A DNA stretch of 64,000 nucleotides from an uncultured Planctomycetia bacterium (GTDB lineage Bacteria; Omnitrophota; Gorgyraeia; 2-02-FULL-51-18; JAGOUK01). Location: positions 76,089 through 140,088 of the forward strand of contig CAYSFB010000006.1 of assembly GCA_964430735.1 (NCBI GenBank). The letters are read 5' to 3'. The position numbers and the translations under genes are program-made. Of this stretch, positions 1-8,137 are shown piece after piece (position 1 is the first letter of the stretch; each line of letters starts with the position of its first letter). A model generated the notes under the pieces. That model did no database searches. It had not been told where the DNA came from and saw only the letters and a program-made list of their open reading frames with translations.

Positions 1-612
1 ACGGTCCGCCTTTGCGCCATTCCGACGATCGGCCCCTACCTCCTGCCTCCGGTGATCGCGCAAATCCGCAAGGCCGCTCCGAAGCTCGTTCTGGAGCTGC
101 ATGAGGAGACGACCGCCGTTCTGCTGGCCCGGCTCAAAGAGGGCGAGCTCGATCTGGGGCTGCTCTCGCCGCCGGTGAGCGAAAAAGGGATTTCGGTCCT
201 GGATCTGGGCCACGAACCGTTTTATCTGGCGGTGTCCAAAAAGCACCGGCTGGCGCATCAGAAAAGCGTGTCGCCCAAAGAACTCGCTTCCGAGCGGCTG
301 CTCGTGCTGCAGGAGGGGCACTGCTTCGGCGAGCAGTCTTTGGAGTATTGCAAGCGCACGGCCCGGGACCCGCAGGTCATTTTTCGAGGGTCGAGCCTCC
401 TGTCCGTGATGCGTCTGGCGGCGGCCGGCGAAGGGGTGACATTTGTGCCCCGGATGGCCGTGGGCCGGTGGACCGACCCGGACCTGCGGTTTGTGCCGTT
501 CACGCGGCCGGAGCCGGAGCGCGCCATCGGCCTCGTCTGGCGCGTCACGAGCCCCTTGAGTCGCGCGCAAAAATTAGTGATGGACCTCATCGCGCGTCAC
601 AAGGCAGAATAG
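1..612 (+). CDS. LysR-family transcriptional regulator, OxyR-like, C-terminal substrate-binding domain (5'-partial, continues upstream of window)
   Basis: Frame-1 translation open from nt 1; LysR substrate-binding domain motifs (LLVLQEGHCFGEQSLEYC, GEGVTFVPRMAV) typical of OxyR; stop at 610-612. Confidence 0.8.
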   Translation, partial: TVRLCAIPTIGPYLLPPVIAQIRKAAPKLVLELHEETTAVLLARLKEGELDLGLLSPPVSEKGISVLDLGHEPFYLAVSKKHRLAHQKSVSPKELASERLLVLQEGHCFGEQSLEYCKRTARDPQVIFRGSSLLSVMRLAAAGEGVTFVPRMAVGRWTDPDLRFVPFTRPEPERAIGLVWRVTSPLSRAQKLVMDLIARHKAE

Positions 613-833
613 AGTCCAGGCACCGATTAAGCATCCATCCGTTGAGACCTCACTCCTCAAATTCCAGCAACCGTCGCGACTTCAGGCCTTCCCACCGGCC
701 TCAGCAGAACCGTGCGCGTCCGAATCCGGGCGCTCCCGGGCAATCCCCAAGCGCGGAACGGCAGTTTTTGTCCGGAGTCGCCATCGACCCTTCTCCTAGA
801 ATCCGCCTGGAGGACGGCTCCTCCGAATTCACC

Positions 834-1625
834 ATGCGTGCGATGGACCTCATCACGCCCATCGGGCTGGGCCAGCGCGGTCTCATCGTGGCGCCGCCCG
901 GCTCCGGCAAAACCACTTTTTTGAAGCACTTGTGCCAGGCGATCGCAAAGGCGGTCCCGGATGCCAAGCTTTTTTGCCTGCTCATCGACGAACGGCCGGA
1001 GGAAGTCACCGACTTCAAGCGCAGCGTGCCGGCCGAAGTCCGCGCATCCTCCACGGACGAAACCTATGACCACCACATCCGCACGGCCGACACGTTGATG
1101 CAGGACGCGTTCCGCGAGGCCGCCCAGGGGAAGAACATCGTGATTCTGGTCGACTCGCTCACACGGCTTTCGCGCGTGCACAACGCGGAGCGTTCCACGG
1201 GCCGGACGATGTCGGGCGGCGTGGACGCGCGGGCGCTGGAGATTCCGCGCAGGATCTTCGGCTCCGCGCGGAAAATCGAGAACGGGGGCTCGATCACGAT
1301 CCTGGCGACGATTCTCGTCGATACCGGAAGCCGGATGGATCAGATCATTTTTGAAGAGTTCAAGGGCACGGGCAACATGGAGGTGTACCTGTCCCGCGAG
1401 ATTTCGAACCACCGGATTTTTCCGGCGATCGACATCGCCAAGAGCGGCACGCGGCGCACGGAAGTGCTGCTCGACTCCGAAGAGCTCGAACAGACCGCCT
1501 CGCTCCGGCGGGTGCTGATGTCGCTCGGTCCCGTGGAGGCCGCCAGGGCGCTCGTCGACGCGCTCGGCAAATTCAAGACCAACCGGGACCTGCTCGCCGT
1601 CGCCGCCAAGCTCGAATCGAAATGA
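834..1625 (+). CDS. rho: Transcription termination factor Rho, ATPase core only (N-terminal RNA-binding domain not encoded); start may be a TTG near 768
   Basis: MRAMDLITPIGLGQRGLIVAPPGSGKT P-loop, LIDERPEEVT, ILVDSLTRL, GGSITILATILVDTGSRMD and FPAIDIAKSGTRR align along the Rho C-terminal domain; no OB-fold/CSD segment upstream. Confidence 0.8.
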   Translation: MRAMDLITPIGLGQRGLIVAPPGSGKTTFLKHLCQAIAKAVPDAKLFCLLIDERPEEVTDFKRSVPAEVRASSTDETYDHHIRTADTLMQDAFREAAQGKNIVILVDSLTRLSRVHNAERSTGRTMSGGVDARALEIPRRIFGSARKIENGGSITILATILVDTGSRMDQIIFEEFKGTGNMEVYLSREISNHRIFPAIDIAKSGTRRTEVLLDSEELEQTASLRRVLMSLGPVEAARALVDALGKFKTNRDLLAVAAKLESK

Positions 1626-1682
1626 CCACGGGCGGTTAAAAAAGAAGTTTAATTCGCGTGCGTTGTATCGCACAATAGAGCT

Positions 1683-3125
1683 ATGCAACACCCTAAAAAC
1701 ACCAAGATCATCGCCACGGTCGGTCCGGCCTGTCAAACTCCTGAAACGCTCAAAACCCTTATCTCCGAAGGCGTCGATGTGTTCCGCATCAACGCCTCGC
1801 ATTCAACCCCCGAAAGTCTGGCATTCTGGTTCAATCTGATCCGCCGGGTCTCCATGGAAATGGGCCTGCATATCGCGATCCTGGTGGACCTGCAGGGCCC
1901 GCGCATCCGCACGGGCCGCCTGAGCAAGGCGCCGCTCGTGCTCCGGACCGGCCAGGTCATTTCGATGAAGATCGGGAATATGATCTCCAACGGGAGCTTC
2001 CTGACGACGACCTGCAAAGAATTCATCGATATGGTGAAAAAGGGCGACAACATTCTGATCGACAACGGCACCGTGACGCTCAAGGCCGAGGCGGTCAAGC
2101 GCTCCGAAATCGTCTGCCGCGTCGTGATCGGCGGCCCCGTCGGAAACAACAAGGGGATCAATCTTCCCAGCGCCCCCATCACCCTCCCGGCTCTCACCGA
2201 GAAGGACCTGGTGGATCTCGCCGCTGCCGCCAAACTCGGCGCCGATTACGTCGCGTTATCGTTTGTCCGCAGCCGCGACGACATCATGACGATGCGCCGC
2301 TGGATGCAGAAGCATCACGTCAAGATTCCGATCATCGCCAAGATCGAAAAGCCCCAGGCCGTCAAAAACATCCGTTCCATCATGGCCATCGCCGACGGCA
2401 TCATGGTCGCGCGCGGCGACCTCGGTATCGAGATGGGCGTGGAAAAGGTGCCGCGGGTCCAGAAGCGGCTGATCGACGAGGCGGAAGAGGCCAACGTGCC
2501 CGTGATCACCGCCACCCAGATGCTCGAAACGATGATCGACAATGCGCAGCCCACGCGGGCGGAAGTGTCGGACATCGCCAACGCCGTGTTCGACGGAACC
2601 GACGCGGTGATGCTTTCGGGCGAGACGTCGGTGGGCAAATATCCGGTGGAAGCGGTGCGCATCATGCGTAAAATCATTCAGGAGGCCGAAGGCCGCAGAG
2701 AAGACAAGCCCGGCATGCTCTGGGACGACGGTACGGCAGACCGCGCCGTTTACCTCCCGGCGGTCGCGCACGCGGCGTACAACGCCGCCCAGGAAGCCAA
2801 GGCGAAGGCGATCGTGGTGTTTACCCGCTCGGGCCGCATCGCCCGGCATTTGTCGAAGCTCAAGCCGGGATGCGGCATGCTCGCGGCGACGGATTCCATG
2901 AAGACCCTCGCGCAGCTGAACCTGCTGCGCGGCGTCCGGCCGATCTTCGTCGAAAAGTCCCTGAACCCGCAGGAGATGATCTGGCGCACGGACGCCGAGA
3001 TCGTCCGGAACAAGATCCTTAAAAAAGGCGACGTGGTCATCGTCATTTCCGGTCCTTGGGCGCTTCCGGGCAGCCTGTTCATGCTCGCGATTCACCGCGT
3101 CGGAGAAACGCAGCTCACCGCCTGA
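1683..3125 (+). CDS. pyk: Pyruvate kinase
   Basis: KIIATVGPA...FRINASHS N-terminus, MVARGDLGIE active-site region, 480 aa. Confidence 0.9.
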   Translation: MQHPKNTKIIATVGPACQTPETLKTLISEGVDVFRINASHSTPESLAFWFNLIRRVSMEMGLHIAILVDLQGPRIRTGRLSKAPLVLRTGQVISMKIGNMISNGSFLTTTCKEFIDMVKKGDNILIDNGTVTLKAEAVKRSEIVCRVVIGGPVGNNKGINLPSAPITLPALTEKDLVDLAAAAKLGADYVALSFVRSRDDIMTMRRWMQKHHVKIPIIAKIEKPQAVKNIRSIMAIADGIMVARGDLGIEMGVEKVPRVQKRLIDEAEEANVPVITATQMLETMIDNAQPTRAEVSDIANAVFDGTDAVMLSGETSVGKYPVEAVRIMRKIIQEAEGRREDKPGMLWDDGTADRAVYLPAVAHAAYNAAQEAKAKAIVVFTRSGRIARHLSKLKPGCGMLAATDSMKTLAQLNLLRGVRPIFVEKSLNPQEMIWRTDAEIVRNKILKKGDVVIVISGPWALPGSLFMLAIHRVGETQLTA

Positions 3126-3448
3126 TGTGGTGGGTGTACCTCGTCCGCTGCAGAGGCGGAGAGATCTATACCGGCATTTCGACGGACGTCGCCCGCAGGG
3201 TCCTCGAACACAACTCAGGGCAGGGCAGCAAGTCCTTGAGGGGGCGGCTGCCCGTTTCCCTTGTCTACCAGGAAAAATCCCCCAACCGCTCTCGCGCCCA
3301 AAGGCGCGAGGCGGAGATCAAGAGCTGGCCGAGAAGCAGGAAGCTGGAATTAGCGGCTAAGAGACCGAGAGCGACGTCTTTTCGTCGACAAAGGACCAGA
3401 TCAGGGCGGCGGCCCAGCCCAGGAAGGTCCAGCCGGTCAGGATGTTGA
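3125..3448 (+). CDS. GIY-YIG nuclease superfamily protein (UPF0213/YhbQ-like)
   Basis: MWWVYLVRCRGGEIYTGISTDVARRVLEHN GIY-YIG motif; ATG overlaps pyk stop (ATGA). Confidence 0.7.
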   Translation: MWWVYLVRCRGGEIYTGISTDVARRVLEHNSGQGSKSLRGRLPVSLVYQEKSPNRSRAQRREAEIKSWPRSRKLELAAKRPRATSFRRQRTRSGRRPSPGRSSRSGC

Positions 3449-3614
3449 TGAGCAGGATGGCATTGAAGAATTTGTGCTTCCGCACACCGGCGATGTACGA
3501 CGGCAGAAAATAGAAGAAGATGAGGCAGGAAATCAGAAAAATCCCGACGAGACCCAGCGCGATTCCGGCGATGATGTTCACAAAGCCCTCCTTTTGATCG
3601 ATGAAAGTCATCAT
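3357..3614 (-). CDS. Superinfection immunity (T4 Imm-like, PF14373-type) small membrane protein
   Basis: Two TM helices; LPSYIAGVRKHKFFNAILLINILTGWTFLGWAAALIWSF matches the Imm family signature; 3' end overlaps the GIY-YIG CDS convergently. Confidence 0.6.
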   Translation of the reverse strand: MMTFIDQKEGFVNIIAGIALGLVGIFLISCLIFFYFLPSYIAGVRKHKFFNAILLINILTGWTFLGWAAALIWSFVDEKTSLSVS

Positions 3615-3687
3615 ACCTCAACAGAACCCTTTCTTGAATTCGATTCTATTTTTTGGCCGCGACTGCTGAAGGGCGGGAGAAATACCG

Positions 3688-4323
3688 ATGCAGACACTTT
3701 TTGATTTTGCGCTGATTTCGTTTATTTCGCTGTTCGTGATCATGGACCCGTTCGGCTTGATCCCGCCGTTCCTGGCGATGACGGCACGGCATACGCCCGA
3801 AGCCCGGATCAAAATGGCGCGGACCGCGTCCCTGGTCGCGTGCGGCGTTCTCATCTTTTTCCTCGTGCTGGGGAATTGGCTCATGCAGGCGATGGAGCTC
3901 AAACTTTCGAGTTTCCAGATCGCGGGGGGCATCGTGCTCATGATCATCGGTCTCGACATGCTTCAGGCGCGTCCGAGCGACGTCAAGGCGTCCAAGGAGG
4001 AAGAAACGGAGGCCATCGATAAGGATTCGATCGCGATCACGCCGATGGCGATCCCGATGCTGGCCGGTCCGGGCTCCATCACCGCCGTGCTGCTCTTTGG
4101 CAACCGGGCCAAGGAATCGGCGGCCCATATGATCACCTTGGCGGGCGTAGTCATCTCCGCCTGCCTCGTCACCTACCTCACGCTGCGGTACGCCGCGATC
4201 CATTCCGCGCGCCTGAGCCAGATCTCACTCAAGATCCTGACCCGTCTGATGGGCCTGTTCCTGACCGTGATTTCCGTCCAATTCATCATGACGGGGCTTC
4301 GCGAAGCCACCCGGCTCTGGTGA
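3688..4323 (+). CDS. marC: MarC family (UPF0056) integral membrane protein
   Basis: MDPFGLIPPFLAMT N-terminus and multi-TM profile characteristic of MarC/NAAT. Confidence 0.85.
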   Translation: MQTLFDFALISFISLFVIMDPFGLIPPFLAMTARHTPEARIKMARTASLVACGVLIFFLVLGNWLMQAMELKLSSFQIAGGIVLMIIGLDMLQARPSDVKASKEEETEAIDKDSIAITPMAIPMLAGPGSITAVLLFGNRAKESAAHMITLAGVVISACLVTYLTLRYAAIHSARLSQISLKILTRLMGLFLTVISVQFIMTGLREATRLW

Positions 4324-4342
4324 ATTCCGGCCGATTTAACTT

Positions 4343-4531
4343 TTAATAATTGAACAAGTCCGGAAGCTGAAGCGGCTGCTCGGGGCGGGCGGCCAGGACG
4401 GCACGCAGGATCTTTTTTTGAAGGTTGGGAGTGAGCCGGCGGCCTTTGCGGGCCTTGTGGACCATTTTGAAGCTGAGTTGTTCCGTCGAGATGCGGACGA
4501 GGTCGGCGTTGGAGATTTGGAGCCGGGTCAT
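4343..4531 (-). CDS. Small hypothetical protein (62 aa) in the marC-GST spacer
   Basis: Only the C-terminal 62 codons of the 161-aa ORF look protein-like (MTRLQISNADLVRISTEQLSFKMVHKARKGRRL...); no recognizable family. Confidence 0.25.
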   Translation of the reverse strand: MTRLQISNADLVRISTEQLSFKMVHKARKGRRLTPNLQKKILRAVLAARPEQPLQLPDLFNY

Positions 4532-4578
4532 CACCGCGTCGAGCGGCTGGATTCCCAGCTCGCGTTCGGATCCGGCGG

Positions 4579-5259
4579 TCATCGACCCGCCGCCGCGCGC
4601 CGGCCGATGTTTTCGTAAGCCGGGACCGTGTCTTTTTCGCGTTCCGCGCCGCGGAGCCATTCCTGAGTCGCCGGAAGCGCCACGACCGCGTCCATGTACG
4701 CCCGGCTGACCGGATCGACCTTCACGCCGTAGGCCAGGAAGCGAAAAACGACCGGCGCATACATCGCGTCCGCCACGCCGAAGCGTCCGAATAAAAAGGG
4801 CCCGCCTTTTGCCCGGCGTTTGCGGCAATCCCGCCAGATTCCGAGTACCCGGTCGATGTCGGCCTGGGCTTCCGGCACGATCCCAAAATTCTCATAACGC
4901 GCCAAAAAGTGACACGGCAGGTTTGACCGCAGCGCCGCAAACCCCGCATGCATTTCGTGCGACACCGACCGCGCCAGGGCCTTGGCCTCCGCGCCGTCGG
5001 GCCAAAGGCGTTTTTTCGCAAATTTTTCGGCGATGTGTTCGCAGATCGCCAGCGACTCCCAGAGCACGGACTTGCCGTCCACCAGCACCGGCACCCGGCC
5101 GGCCGGCGAGAAACGAAGGATTTTGCGGAGCGAATCCGGCTTGCGGATCAGGATGAGGGTTTCGGTGAACGGAATGCCCGCGGTTTTCATCAAAAGCCAG
5201 GGGCGGAACGACCACGAAGAGTATTTTTTGTTGCCGATCACGAGGTTCAGTTTTTGCAT
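4579..5259 (-). CDS. Glutathione S-transferase family protein
   Basis: N-terminal thioredoxin-like GST fold (KKYSSWSFRPWLLMKTAGIPFTE...RVPVLVDG) and C-terminal helical domain; start taken at MQKLNLVIG. Confidence 0.8.
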   Translation of the reverse strand: MQKLNLVIGNKKYSSWSFRPWLLMKTAGIPFTETLILIRKPDSLRKILRFSPAGRVPVLVDGKSVLWESLAICEHIAEKFAKKRLWPDGAEAKALARSVSHEMHAGFAALRSNLPCHFLARYENFGIVPEAQADIDRVLGIWRDCRKRRAKGGPFLFGRFGVADAMYAPVVFRFLAYGVKVDPVSRAYMDAVVALPATQEWLRGAEREKDTVPAYENIGRRAAAGR

Positions 5260-5284
5260 GCGTATAGTGTAGAATAGTTTTGCT

Positions 5285-6235
5285 TTGAAAAGAAACACCC
5301 TTCTCCTTTTAACTGCCCTGGCAGTCGCGGTCTGCAGTTCGGCGCCGGTGAGCGTTTACGCCGCCGAGCCGGCTTCCGTTTCTGCGTGGAATCAGGCCTA
5401 CTCCCAATCGCAGGAATATTCCCGTCAAGGCAAGTTCGACCAGTCGCTGGCCGCCGCCGAGCTCGCCCTTTCCACCGCCGAAAAAGAGTTCGGTCCCGAT
5501 GACGAGCGCGCGGCCAAATCGCTGCGGGCGATCGCCCAGATCCAGGTGCAGCGGCACAACGTTTTTCAGGCGGAGATTTATTTTGACCGGGCACTTGAGG
5601 CCTATAAAAAATCAAAAGGGCTGAACGACCCCGAAACGGCCAACACGATGGTGCAGGCCGGATCGTTGTACCTCGGCCTTCAGCGCTTCCCTGAGGCCGA
5701 GGAGCTGTTCCGGACCGGATACGAAATTCTGCGCAATCAATTGGGCAAGGACGACCCCCGGATCACGATGGCGATGGGCGGATTGGCCGAAGTGTACAAG
5801 GCGATCGGCGACACGCGCGCGATCGAACTTTTTCAGAACATCATCCGCATCCTCACCGAGACCAAGGGCAAGTCGGAGCCGGGCGTCATCTCGAGTTATT
5901 ACCACCTGGCCGACATTTACGAAGCCATTCAGGACTTCGACCGCGCGGCCGAATGCTATTTCACCATCATTCGCACGCTGGAAGAGCAGCACGGCATCCA
6001 CTACTGGCAGCTTTCCTCGATTTACAACAACCTCGGCCTCGTCTACGCCCGCGCCGGCCGCCTCGAGGAAGCCAAGGGCGCCTACCGGCATTCCCTCGAC
6101 ATCCTCGTGCGCAAATACGGACCTGAGCATCCCGAGGTCACGACCGTTCTCGAAAACCTGAACAGCCTGTACGTCGAAGGCGACAAGCTCCTCCAAAAAG
6201 CATCTCAAGGCGCTCCGTCCCCCAAGGGCATTTAG
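5285..6235 (+). CDS. Secreted tetratricopeptide-repeat (TPR) protein
   Basis: Signal peptide MKRNTLLLLTALAVAVCSSAPVSVYA then multiple TPR units (AEIYFDRALEAYKK..., LADIYEAIQDFDRAAECY..., LGLVYARAGRLEEAKGAY). Confidence 0.75.
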   Translation: MKRNTLLLLTALAVAVCSSAPVSVYAAEPASVSAWNQAYSQSQEYSRQGKFDQSLAAAELALSTAEKEFGPDDERAAKSLRAIAQIQVQRHNVFQAEIYFDRALEAYKKSKGLNDPETANTMVQAGSLYLGLQRFPEAEELFRTGYEILRNQLGKDDPRITMAMGGLAEVYKAIGDTRAIELFQNIIRILTETKGKSEPGVISSYYHLADIYEAIQDFDRAAECYFTIIRTLEEQHGIHYWQLSSIYNNLGLVYARAGRLEEAKGAYRHSLDILVRKYGPEHPEVTTVLENLNSLYVEGDKLLQKASQGAPSPKGI

Positions 6236-7062
6236 TGGCCTCGCTGCGCGCGGCAGTCATTCAGCTGTCCGCCGGTCCCGACAAAAAGTCCAATCTCGAA
6301 CAAGCCCTGAAGCTCGTCGACCGCGCCGCCGCCGGCAAGGCGAAGCTCGTCGCTTTGCCCGAGAATTTTTTATTCCGGGGACCGGACCGCGCGTTCAAGC
6401 AGATTCCGGAAACGCTCGACGGGCCTTCTCTGACCGCGCTCGCCGCGCTCGCCCGGCGGCGCCGTATCCACCTCGTGGCCGGCAGCATCGCCGAATCCGT
6501 GCCCGGCACCGCCAAGACCTACAACACGTCCTGCCTCATCGGCCCGTCCGGCCGGATCGAAGCGATCTATCGCAAAATGCACCTGTTTGACGTAGATTTG
6601 CCGGGTAAGAAGATACGGGAGTCGGACCGGTGCCTGCGCGGAAAGAAGCCGGTGATGGGGCGTGTCGGAAAGGGGGCGTCCGAAGTCCGATGCGGCCTTT
6701 CGATCTGCTACGACTTGAGGTTTCCGGAGCTGTATCGGAGCTATGCGCTCCAAGGAGCCCGTATCCTTCTGGTGCCGTCCAATTTTACCCGTCAAACGGG
6801 ACAAGATCATTGGGAGCCTTTGCTCAGGGCCCGGGCGATCGAAAACCAGTGCTTTGTCCTGGCCCCCGGCCAGTCCGGTATGGGCTCGCAAGGCGTTCTA
6901 AGCCATGGCCACAGCCTGATCCTGGATCCTTGGGGCAAACCCCTCGCCAAGGCCCCCGGTTCCGGCACAATGATTATTTTTGCTACTCTTAACTTAGCCG
7001 AGCAGACTCAAATCCGCCGCCGCCTGCCTTCGCTCCGGGAAGCCTCCGACCTACGCTCTTAA
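6235..7062 (+). CDS. Carbon-nitrogen hydrolase family protein (nitrilase/omega-amidase-like)
   Basis: GTG start overlapping TPR stop; LRAAVIQL...LVALPENF, catalytic-region ICYDLRFPE, LLVPSNF. Confidence 0.85.
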   Translation: MASLRAAVIQLSAGPDKKSNLEQALKLVDRAAAGKAKLVALPENFLFRGPDRAFKQIPETLDGPSLTALAALARRRRIHLVAGSIAESVPGTAKTYNTSCLIGPSGRIEAIYRKMHLFDVDLPGKKIRESDRCLRGKKPVMGRVGKGASEVRCGLSICYDLRFPELYRSYALQGARILLVPSNFTRQTGQDHWEPLLRARAIENQCFVLAPGQSGMGSQGVLSHGHSLILDPWGKPLAKAPGSGTMIIFATLNLAEQTQIRRRLPSLREASDLRS

Positions 7063-7160
7063 AACGCCCGTAATTTGCCCTTAACCTCCGTCGGGTATGC
7101 TGGGTTTGTCGCCAGGAACCAGCACCAGACACTTTTACCGGAGGGGGGTCAAGTCAGGCC

Positions 7161-7481
7161 ATGAAAAAGATCGAATGCATCATCAAGCACGAGCGGCTCG
7201 AGGAGCTGCGGAACCAGCTCATCCAGACGGGGGTGGGGGGCATGACCATCACCGACGTCCGCGGCTTCGGCAAGCAGACCACCCGGCCCGAGAGCTACCT
7301 GGTCCTCCCCAAGGTCAAAATCGAGATCTATGCGTCCGAAGAGCAGGTCGACCCCATCATCCAGACCATCATCAAGGTCTGCCGCAAGGGAGAGATCGGG
7401 GACGGCAAAATCGCCCTCATTCCGGTCGAAGACTTGATCCGGATCCGGACGGGGGAGCGCCAAACTGAAGCCGTCTACTAG
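7161..7481 (+). CDS. PII-like (GlnB-family) signal transduction protein with shortened T-loop
   Basis: MKKIECIIK...GMTITDVRGFGKQ...LPKVKIEIY...GEIGDGKIALIPVEDLIRIRTGE aligns with GlnB/GlnK but the T-loop segment is about 7 residues shorter; no amtB/glnA neighbour. Confidence 0.7.
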   Translation: MKKIECIIKHERLEELRNQLIQTGVGGMTITDVRGFGKQTTRPESYLVLPKVKIEIYASEEQVDPIIQTIIKVCRKGEIGDGKIALIPVEDLIRIRTGERQTEAVY

Positions 7482-7567
7482 CCGGCCGCACGGCAGCCCA
7501 AGCCTTCCGGTTGTTAAAAGAAGGTAAAGAAATATAAGGAATCGTCTAAGGATGTAAATTTGTTGAG

Positions 7568-7596
7568 TTGACTTTTACACATGCCGATACTACACT
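7568..7596 (+). promoter_or_regulatory. Putative sigma70-type promoter (TTGACT-N17-TACACT) for the RRM-protein gene
   Basis: -35 TTGACT at 7568-7573, 17-nt spacer, -10 TACACT at 7591-7596; about 145 nt upstream of ATG 7741. Confidence 0.3.
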
Positions 7597-7740
7597 TGTG
7601 GATGTAAGTGAGTCTTGCGCACTTGTCAGTCAATTCGCAAGTAAGTGTCCATCCGAGAGAGGCCGTTTTAAGCGACAACTTCGATAACACGAAACGCTTA
7701 AAGCGGTTTTTTTCATTTCTAGTGAGGTTACTGTTACACC

Positions 7741-8112
7741 ATGAATAGCAAACTGTATGTCGGCAACTTGTCCTTCCAAGCGAATGACGACCAAGTGCGC
7801 GATTATTTCTCCCAGTACGGCGACGTGGCGAGCGTCAATGTCGTCCGTGACTCCTACACCGGCCGTTCCCGTGGCTTCGCGTTCGTCGAAATGGCGAACG
7901 AAGAAGGCGCGCAGAAGGCCAAGGACTCGGCCCATGGCCAGCCCTTCATGGAGCGCAACCTGACCGTTGACTTCGCCAAGCCCAAGACCGAAGGCGGCCC
8001 TCGCGGCGACCGCGGTCCCCGTGGCGGCGGCTTCGGCGGACAGCGTTCCGGCGGCGGCTCGGGCTTCGGCGGCGGATTCGGCGGCGGCGATCGCGGCCCC
8101 CGGCGCTTCTAA
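7741..8112 (+). CDS. RRM-domain RNA-binding protein with glycine-rich C-terminal tail
   Basis: RNP-2 LYVGNL and RNP-1 RGFAFVEM motifs; GGFGGQRSGGGSGFGGGFGGG tail. Confidence 0.85.
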   Translation: MNSKLYVGNLSFQANDDQVRDYFSQYGDVASVNVVRDSYTGRSRGFAFVEMANEEGAQKAKDSAHGQPFMERNLTVDFAKPKTEGGPRGDRGPRGGGFGGQRSGGGSGFGGGFGGGDRGPRRF

Positions 8113-8137
8113 GTCCATCAAAGCTTAGGAACCCATC

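Noticed and set aside
348-833. Upstream part of the 425-aa ORF that continues into rho (could have been a Rho N-terminal domain)
   Set aside because: Overlaps the clearly coding OxyR-like LysR frame; translation is Pro/Arg/Gly-rich with no OB-fold or Rho_N motifs; typical high-GC shadow frame.
657-1802. 381-aa antisense ORF opposite rho, and similar long antisense ORFs (2256-3095, 10705-12018, 20861-22201 on +, 25295-26341, 26360-27301, 33152-34609, 35821-37323, 37947-39569, 39484-41505, 41776-42846, 43562-44575, 44645-45967, 49540-51060, 51729-53468)
   Set aside because: All lie opposite well-supported genes, are Arg/Gly/Asp/His-rich with no family resemblance; expected open frames in GC-rich DNA.
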